Shown here piece after piece: positions 57,751 through 64,000 of a DNA stretch of 64,000 nucleotides. The notes beneath the pieces are model-generated. The model saw only the letters and a program-made list of their open reading frames with translations. It was not told the DNA's origin and made no database searches. This stretch comes from a virus (Duplodnaviria > Caudoviricetes). Location: positions 1,304-65,303 of the IMG/VR virus record IMGVR_UViG_3300008107_000072; one strand, written 5' to 3'. Every line of letters begins with the position of its first letter. The stretch's first letter is position 1. Made by a program: the position numbers and the translations under genes.

Positions 57751-59343
57751 TTAGGGCTGCTCTTCTTCTTCGCTTTCGTTCTCTGCCATGAACTTATCGT
57801 ACTCGTCTTGTGTTACCTTGCGACCATCAGGTAGTTCTTGTGCTTCCTTCTTGAGCATCCACTCACCACTTATCTCACATTGTACGCACTTCTCTATCAG
57901 GTAGTAGCAACCATCTACATCAACAGCAACCTCATCTATATCATCCTCGTGAACATATCCGTAGTTCTCTACGTACACAGCGTCATCTATATGGATGGTT
58001 TCAGTGTTATACTCGCAGTAAATGGTATCTTCTACATGGTAGTATCTGTCTCTTGATTCAACGTATGTGATGTTCTCATCATCTTGGTGGTAGTATTGAT
58101 GTCCAACTTCAACGCTAACATCTGAATATATGTAATCTGAATACGCATCGCAGTACACTGCATTATCCTCATCTATCCATTCTTGATGCCATTCAGACCA
58201 TACCTCCCCATCGTGGTCTTCATCCTCATCATCATCGTCCACATCTTCCTCATTATCGAAGAACACCCTTGCGTCTTTTTCGTCATGATTAGGATTGAGT
58301 ATTGTATCGTAGAATATACCAGTTCTCCAACTACTTGCGTGATTATCTATTAACGACGCATCGTACGTCTTTATCATCTCATCTATTACATCCCTTCTCT
58401 TGCCACCATATAGCAAAGCGAATGATACCTCAGAGCGTAGTAGACTTGTCTCGCTGTCTACAGGGAATAGGCTTGAGATGAAAGATGGTCCGTTTGTGCT
58501 ACGAAACTGATAACATCTTAGACCTTGCTCTCTTTGTGACAGACAGTTGGTAGCGTAGAACTTATCACCATCTTTTACGATGAACACTACCGTATCCAGC
58601 CAGGGCATAGAAGACCACGACTCATCAATATGCACCGGAATCTTTACTATTTCAGGGCTAATCTTGCTGCCATTATACATATCGAATGCAAAGAAGTGAC
58701 AGCTCTGTTGAGACTTGTAGTAGAATCCATGACGCACTGCATACTCAATCATCGTAGTACAATGAGCATCTGTTGCATGGTAGATGGTATCCATGTACGT
58801 ATTCTCACCATCGAACCATAGTATTGCTCTTGCTACAATTTTGTAGTCATTGTTCCTAAGTATCAGCATGGAGATGCTATCCTGATTCTGTTCATAGAAC
58901 CTGAAGTATGGTTGACAATAGTCGTAACGCATACAGCTACCCATCAGGTTAGATGATGTACCGAAGTCAACGTAGTTATTATTAAGGTAGTAGTATCCAA
59001 TCATCTCACCACTAGCCACTGAGAAGTTAGGCGACTCAGCACCTTCTCCATGCTCATCACCGTTCATAGATATGTATGACTTAATCTTGTTGACAAAATA
59101 CTCTACATTTTTGTCGCTGTAGTTATCATTACCATTAAGCATTCTGAATAATTTACCCGGCTTCATTAGTTGCAGTCCTTTGTCGGGCCATCTGCCGTTA
59201 ACCTTTTGGACGTTACTACCTTTCTTGTAAAATCCAAACATAGCACCCCTCAGGTGCACGTTTTCGATAGGTAGGTTTGATGTCATAGAAACGAATGGGT
59301 CTGCTGCTTCGTTTAGGATTTCGAATGTTGTTACTGTGTACAT
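57751..59343 (-). CDS. Early protein with a GSCMRY core and acidic/aromatic C-terminal repeats
   Basis: KPGKL, GSCMRY, VARAILW, YMDTIY. Start moved to ATG 59343 by the conserved leader. Confidence 0.7.
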   Translation of the reverse strand: MYTVTTFEILNEAADPFVSMTSNLPIENVHLRGAMFGFYKKGSNVQKVNGRWPDKGLQLMKPGKLFRMLNGNDNYSDKNVEYFVNKIKSYISMNGDEHGEGAESPNFSVASGEMIGYYYLNNNYVDFGTSSNLMGSCMRYDYCQPYFRFYEQNQDSISMLILRNNDYKIVARAILWFDGENTYMDTIYHATDAHCTTMIEYAVRHGFYYKSQQSCHFFAFDMYNGSKISPEIVKIPVHIDESWSSMPWLDTVVFIVKDGDKFYATNCLSQREQGLRCYQFRSTNGPSFISSLFPVDSETSLLRSEVSFALLYGGKRRDVIDEMIKTYDASLIDNHASSWRTGIFYDTILNPNHDEKDARVFFDNEEDVDDDDEDEDHDGEVWSEWHQEWIDEDNAVYCDAYSDYIYSDVSVEVGHQYYHQDDENITYVESRDRYYHVEDTIYCEYNTETIHIDDAVYVENYGYVHEDDIDEVAVDVDGCYYLIEKCVQCEISGEWMLKKEAQELPDGRKVTQDEYDKFMAENESEEEEQP

Positions 59344-59421
59344 GGAGTTTTGTTTAGAGATGAGTAAAGGGGAGGAGTTGTTACACACCTCCCATGATGA
59401 TGTCATTTGAGTGCTAACGCA

Positions 59422-59811
59422 TTATCCAAGAGCTGTATATCCTATGTCAACGAGGTGCTGCTCTGCTTCGCTGTTTGCAAACACCGGAACGAGACGTACA
59501 GCTTTACCTTTCTTGGTAGGTGATGCGTACCATACGACGTTGCCACCTTGCTTGTGTAGGTAGAAGCCATGTCCTGCCTCGTCACCTGAAGCAGTAGAGT
59601 GTACTACTTCGATAAGGCGTGTGTCGTTGTAGTCGGGAACGTTAAGCGTGTCAACAAATTGTGAGAGTGAATCATAGTCTACGTTAAGCACGAAGCCTTG
59701 CTTTGATAGCAGGTCAGGTACAGCTCCGAGAATGATGTGTTGTACATTTCCATTTTGGTCGGCATTGTACATTGCTTTGAGCGTGCTGCGGTCTAATGTT
59801 ACTTGTGACAT
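59422..59811 (-). CDS. Hypothetical early protein (paralog of 59863..60333)
   Basis: GDEAGHGFYL...EAEQHLVDIGYT. Confidence 0.65.
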   Translation of the reverse strand: MSQVTLDRSTLKAMYNADQNGNVQHIILGAVPDLLSKQGFVLNVDYDSLSQFVDTLNVPDYNDTRLIEVVHSTASGDEAGHGFYLHKQGGNVVWYASPTKKGKAVRLVPVFANSEAEQHLVDIGYTALG

Positions 59812-59862
59812 TTTAGAGTGACAGTTTTTATCGTGGTGTCTCCACGTTATCGTTTAATTATT

Positions 59863-60333
59863 TTAGTTTTGTTTAGTAAATAGTTTTGATATGTTTGTGT
59901 ATCCTAGTGACTTAAGGTATTCCTGTTCGTCTTTGTCGTGTGAAAGCACCAATGCCATATCTGATGCTGAGTATTGTCTAACAAATACCTCGCTATTCAT
60001 CATATAGAATCCTAGACCTCCCTCTTCGCCTTGTGCTACACCCAATATAGGAGCGATAGTTACATTATCCCAAACTGTTCTTATATTGCAACAGTAATCA
60101 TCTATATTGCTACTAATATTTTCTCCTCTACTAGCCATCTTCATCTTCCCCCTCAATACAGCATTGTCTTCTTGTGGTTTATCTTCTTGTGCGATGAAGT
60201 CGTCTTCGATGTCGTCATCATCTTGTAGTACGTATGGGTGGTCGGATACAATTTCATCCCAGGCATCACTGAATAGCGAGTCCTTGATTGTCATTAGGCT
60301 GTTCTTGACAGATATTTTTTCTTTCTTTGTCAT
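59863..60333 (-). CDS. Hypothetical early protein
   Basis: GEEGGLGFYM...DEQEYLKSLGYT. Confidence 0.65.
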   Translation of the reverse strand: MTKKEKISVKNSLMTIKDSLFSDAWDEIVSDHPYVLQDDDDIEDDFIAQEDKPQEDNAVLRGKMKMASRGENISSNIDDYCCNIRTVWDNVTIAPILGVAQGEEGGLGFYMMNSEVFVRQYSASDMALVLSHDKDEQEYLKSLGYTNISKLFTKQN

Positions 60334-60345
60334 GTGATTTTGTTT

Positions 60346-60777
60346 TTAGTTAAAGTAATATTTCATTATACGTCTGCCAAAGTATGTGCGTAGTGCCTTT
60401 CTTATATCGTGTCCTGTTTCGTACACGTTACGCCCATCAGGATGTTTCTCGTCACGATAGTCTGCCCATATAATATCAGCGATTACCCTTGCCGCAGCTG
60501 GTCTGTATTCGGTAGGGAAGTATTGCCCGGTGATGTACTGAAGCTGTCCCCTTTCATCTATTGTCAGCCTACCTGATGACCTTTGTAGGTATGCCTTTAT
60601 CTTGTCATCAAGGTTGTTTACTCTCAGTCTTGCGTGGTTGAGTAGGTCGTGGAAGTCACCCATGTCCTTAGTTATCTCACGCCTTTCGGAGTTGTATGCT
60701 TTCCAGTCTCCGTAATTGTGGAAGTCAAGTCCAGGTCTCTGAGACACGAACTTGCATAGCAGATTGATTGTACTCAT
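60346..60777 (-). CDS. Hypothetical early protein
   Basis: QRPGLDF.NYG...Y..GQYFPTEYR.AA motif; conserved leader. Confidence 0.7.
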   Translation of the reverse strand: MSTINLLCKFVSQRPGLDFHNYGDWKAYNSERREITKDMGDFHDLLNHARLRVNNLDDKIKAYLQRSSGRLTIDERGQLQYITGQYFPTEYRPAAARVIADIIWADYRDEKHPDGRNVYETGHDIRKALRTYFGRRIMKYYFN

Positions 60778-60797
60778 ACGTTTTGTTTTTAGAGTGA

Positions 60798-61466
60798 TTA
60801 TTCGTAACGGAAATTTTTTATTGTATTACCGTGTTTACTTAGTAAAGACATATCTAAGTTACAGCTGTAATACCCACTTGCGAAATGATACCCAGGAATC
60901 TTGACTGAATGTCCATTTGTAGGGATTAGTTCAATGCCATACCCTTCTATCTTACGGAAGAATTTATCATCAGATAGGTCGAACTCTAATCCTTCAAAGT
61001 CCTGCATACCTATATGCTCAAAGTCAAAGTAAGCGTATGCGTCCATGTTTGTATCGTCATAAAATACAAGAGATAGTCCGCAGTCAAATGTGATACGCTT
61101 ATGTCCGTCATATTCTTCATCATCAACGGCATTTACACTTGTAATACTTACAACGCGACTTTTCTTGTGATATTTAGGGTCAAATATTACGTTGCTTGTA
61201 TCCAAACCTAGCACGTACATTGCGTTCATAATGAAAGCCTCCAGTGTTTCCCTGCTCAGATACATTATAGATTGTCTGACACCTAGCCTACTAGCATGAA
61301 TTACGCATGGCTTGTCAGCATCTTCGCCTACGTAGTTGTTTACGTTCAGCGTAAATAAATCGTCCGAGTTCCTGATAACTGTAACAGTTTTGTTATGGTA
61401 CTTTCTCCTTGCACCTTGCAAGAAATTAGTTTCAAGTCGTTTCGACGTGTCTTTAATCATTGCCAT
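60798..61466 (-). CDS. Hypothetical early protein
   Basis: 222 aa; conserved leader. Confidence 0.65.
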   Translation of the reverse strand: MAMIKDTSKRLETNFLQGARRKYHNKTVTVIRNSDDLFTLNVNNYVGEDADKPCVIHASRLGVRQSIMYLSRETLEAFIMNAMYVLGLDTSNVIFDPKYHKKSRVVSITSVNAVDDEEYDGHKRITFDCGLSLVFYDDTNMDAYAYFDFEHIGMQDFEGLEFDLSDDKFFRKIEGYGIELIPTNGHSVKIPGYHFASGYYSCNLDMSLLSKHGNTIKNFRYE

Positions 61467-61485
61467 AAGTTTTATTTTAGAGTGA

Positions 61486-61722
61486 TTAGGAATGTTTCAT
61501 GCCGGACATTACACCATACCCTTTGCGTTGAGCTAGTCGGTTAATCCTGTTTGCTGTATCAAGTGGTACTACCTGAATGGTGTTACCTGTTTTGTGGTTC
61601 GTTACAGGTATGCAGCCTACTCTTTGCGTATCTGAGCAGTCTATACATTTGTCGAATCCTGCACGAGTGAGCCTGAGTTCAGGCATCTGTTTACCGCAGC
61701 GTTTACATGGGATTGTCTGCAT
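61486..61722 (-). CDS. Small Zn-finger protein
   Basis: CKRC...RL......CIDC (DksA/TraR-like spacing). Confidence 0.65.
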   Translation of the reverse strand: MQTIPCKRCGKQMPELRLTRAGFDKCIDCSDTQRVGCIPVTNHKTGNTIQVVPLDTANRINRLAQRKGYGVMSGMKHS

Positions 61723-61846
61723 ATTTATCTGATTTATCGGTTTGCAAAAGTGCGATTAGAAAAAATACAGCTACGCCAATTAACATAGCGGCGATATTGT
61801 CCGTCAATAATAGTAAGCAAGCGATAATGAATAGTATTAGTTTCAC
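61703..61846 (-). CDS. Small two-TM membrane protein
   Basis: GTG 61846 after an A-rich leader; the longer ORF-track start crosses a terminator. Confidence 0.45.
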   Translation of the reverse strand: MKLILFIIACLLLLTDNIAAMLIGVAVFFLIALLQTDKSDKYADNPM

Positions 61847-61869
61847 TTTAGTTTTGTTTAGATGTAAAT

Positions 61870-61902
61870 AAAAAAGCCGGACAGCATTACCTGTTTCCGG
61901 CT
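61870..61902 (-). terminator. Intrinsic terminator (minus strand)
   Basis: AGCCGGA...TCCGGCT followed by TTTTT on the minus strand. Confidence 0.7.
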
Positions 61903-61925
61903 CGTTCTCACTCAACACAATATTT

Positions 61926-62093
61926 TTAGAATGTTACCATGTGGGCTCCTGTTCTCATTTTAGGCGCAGCACCGTTGTATTTCTTCGGCATCCATACTCC
62001 GCATCCACCACCGCCAACATTACGGTAAGAAGAGCAAGAAGACAGCATTCCAATAACAATAGCAATTCCTAAGAGTTTTTTAACTAGTTTCAT
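61926..62093 (-). CDS. Small early lipoprotein
   Basis: MKLVKKLLGIAIVIGMLSS-C lipobox from ATG 62093; an in-frame upstream ATG also exists at 62228. Confidence 0.6.
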   Translation of the reverse strand: MKLVKKLLGIAIVIGMLSSCSSYRNVGGGGCGVWMPKKYNGAAPKMRTGAHMVTF

Positions 62094-62239
62094 AATAGAA
62101 GTTTTTGTTTTTTGTGAGAGATTGTTTTTAAATACATTAACGTCGAAATAGTGTGCGTTTGGTGTAGGCGGTTTTGGCTCGTATCTAGAGCCGAATTTAA
62201 CATACTCCGCCCATTCATTCTGTGTCATGTGCTTAGAGT

Positions 62240-62431
62240 TTACTGGTTAAGGTTTGGGTTTGCTTGCATACGTTCGAACATTCTGAGACTTGCCTTTCTT
62301 CTGTAATCTTGCACGTCTTCCCCTAATAAATTAAGGAGTTCAACAGTACGTGAGTGAGTACTTTGTACCTTTACGTGTACGTTACGGCGAATAGTACCGT
62401 TAGCTTTTACGGAGAGGATTTTCTGAGCCAT
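62240..62431 (-). CDS. Small early protein
   Basis: Start moved to ATG 62431 (MAQKILS) by the TCACTCT leader; the ORF-track extension runs through the tRNA-like element. Confidence 0.6.
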   Translation of the reverse strand: MAQKILSVKANGTIRRNVHVKVQSTHSRTVELLNLLGEDVQDYRRKASLRMFERMQANPNLNQ

Positions 62432-62459
62432 AGTTTTAATGTTTAAGAGTGAATAAATA

Positions 62460-62517
62460 GGGGACAGCCGGGAATCGAACCCGGCACTACCTTTCGCCTT
62501 CACTTAGTCCCTGTCCC
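62460..62517 (-). ncRNA. 58-nt tRNA-like element (acceptor stem and T arm, no full D/anticodon arms)
   Basis: GGGACAG-N26-CCGGG-TTCGATT-CCCGG-CTGTCCC-C. Confidence 0.7.
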
Positions 62518-62519
62518 TT

Positions 62520-63065
62520 TAAGTATAAAAAAATACAAGTTACCCAAACAGAAACAGCCCTTTGTTTAACATCAGGGCGAGTATAGGCATAGCATAGCTT
62601 ACCTGTTTATGAGTGAGTAAAAAGATTTTTATTTTAGTTTTCTTAAGTTATCTTTTTATTGCGTATTCTCTACAATTCTCAGCTTCACAATTTCATACGT
62701 AACCCTTACCAATTTCCAATGGATAAGGCACTAACAGAATCCGTCCTCTGTTAGCGTGCAGACTTTTCCCCGTTAAACGGTTGGATGCACTGCAACGAAA
62801 GCAATAACATAAATATGTTTAATTGCTGTTAACTTCCGCTATGTCAATGAGCTTGCAAAGTTACATTTTCGACAAACGTAATAAAGCACCGCGCTTTGTT
62901 TGACAATATACAGGACGCACCGCGCGTTTTTTCCTGTAATATTATTACGTCTGTTTTCTATGTTGGTCGTATCCTTTGCTAGATATTTGCCGACCTTTGC
63001 GCGTCCCTAAATTTCCGAAATTTCCGCGCGTCTATTTTCAACGCGCTAAGGGACGCACCGCGTAA
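62520..63065 (-). ncRNA. Candidate large structured non-coding RNA
   Basis: ~550 nt with no ORF of 60 aa or more and many nested inverted repeats; GCACCGCG occurs three times. Strand inferred from context. Confidence 0.5.
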
Positions 63066-63067
63066 AA

Positions 63068-63553
63068 TTACGCGTGAATATCCGCGAATATTTCGCGCGT
63101 TGCGTTGTCTACATTGGCGCACTTTTCGCCGCGATAATAACGCGTAATGATATTTTTAAACTCTGTTGGGGTGATGCCACCGCGTAGCATATTTCGCGCC
63201 GCTTCTGTTTCCTTTACAAAATCCATATATTCGCGAATCGGCAATTTATACACATCATCAACTGAAATATCTTTGCCTGTTTCCGCTGATAAGTTAGCGC
63301 AAAAAATTTCAGACTTTGCGCGCGCGTTTTCTTTAAATAGTAACCGAATTACCGATAAATCCAGGAACGCGTTTTTTATTTCCTTTGCCATGTCTTTCCC
63401 CGCGTCGTTTGTTGCTTTGCGTTTTTCGCGCGCTAGTCTTTGCGCTAGTTGTCGCGCTGTCTCATTCTCTTTCGCGATGTGGTTTAATGAAATTTGTACT
63501 TTTTCGGTTTTTGTAGTTTGCCCAACTTGTGGGGCTGTTGTTGTCTTTTTCAT
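63068..63553 (-). CDS. First early gene, hypothetical protein (CGCG-rich DNA)
   Basis: 161 aa, with a consensus promoter and conserved leader upstream. Confidence 0.7.
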   Translation of the reverse strand: MKKTTTAPQVGQTTKTEKVQISLNHIAKENETARQLAQRLAREKRKATNDAGKDMAKEIKNAFLDLSVIRLLFKENARAKSEIFCANLSAETGKDISVDDVYKLPIREYMDFVKETEAARNMLRGGITPTEFKNIITRYYRGEKCANVDNATREIFADIHA

Positions 63554-63590
63554 TTTGTTTTTGTTTTTGAGTGATTGAATAAATACAATA

Positions 63591-63623
63591 CAAATATACT
63601 ACATATATATACTACATTCCAAA
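63591..63623 (-). promoter_or_regulatory. Consensus Bacteroidota sigma-A promoter driving the early operon
   Basis: Minus strand TTTG(63623-63620)-N21-TATATTTG(63598-63591). Confidence 0.75.
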
Positions 63624-64000
63624 TATTTTAATAACTATTTTTGCAACAACGTTGCAAATAACTGTTAAAATTATGTTAATGGATTACTAAAGAATTTAGC
63701 ACAACTATTGCTAATAATTTTAGTAAAAGAAAACAGGCTGTAAAATTAAAATTGTTTCACGAATTATATTACTAATAAATTTAGTACTAACAATTTTAGC
63801 AAAAACAGTTATCCTATTCGCTGATTTACCGGAAAAAGAAAAAGTAAAGAGGGGAGCTGAAATTCAATTTGCGTTATCTTTCACAAGTAAGTAACATTCA
63901 GTTGATTACGACGACAAAAGCTATTTTATTTTTTTTCGGAGGGTACACGGTAGCTGAAGTCGTTTCCCCACAAAACGAATCGATGCTGAGGGGATGGGGT

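Noticed and set aside
62460-62517. Canonical tRNA gene
   Set aside because: Too short, with no D arm or anticodon arm; reported as a tRNA-like element instead.
63147-63578. 143-aa + strand ORF
   Set aside because: Antisense shadow of 63068..63553, which has the promoter and conserved leader.
1-64000. Stop-codon reassignment as in some crAss-like phages
   Set aside because: Long genes are intact in the standard code, and TAG and TGA both end genes at sensible boundaries.

Overview
The window is most of the genome of a tailed dsDNA phage, probably a podovirus of a Bacteroidota host. The gene order (terminase, portal, scaffold, major capsid, ring proteins, muzzle, giant cargo protein) resembles crAss-like and aquatic Flavobacteria phages. 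The host is inferred from TAnnTTTG promoters, A-rich ribosome-binding regions without Shine-Dalgarno motifs, and Bacteroidota-type signal peptides. Positions 1-46643 (+) hold structural, tail-fibre and lysis genes. Positions 46698-63553 (-) hold replication and recombination genes (RusA-like, primase-helicase, SSB-like, RecE-like, Sak/Rad52-like) and early genes. I saw no DNA polymerase, RNA polymerase motif, integrase, CRISPR array or complete tRNA. The most unusual signals are: (1) a ~550-nt highly structured non-coding region followed by a 58-nt tRNA-like 'top-half' element at the start of the early operon; (2) tiny promoter-RNA-terminator cassettes in the late region whose transcripts would be antisense to a conserved TCACTCT(AAA)...ATG leader of early genes; (3) a small basic gene overprinted inside the 3510-aa cargo gene; (4) a CGCG-dense island in a genome that appears to avoid GATC; (5) two frameshift sites and several apparently leaderless late genes. 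All family assignments come from motif recognition, not database searches.
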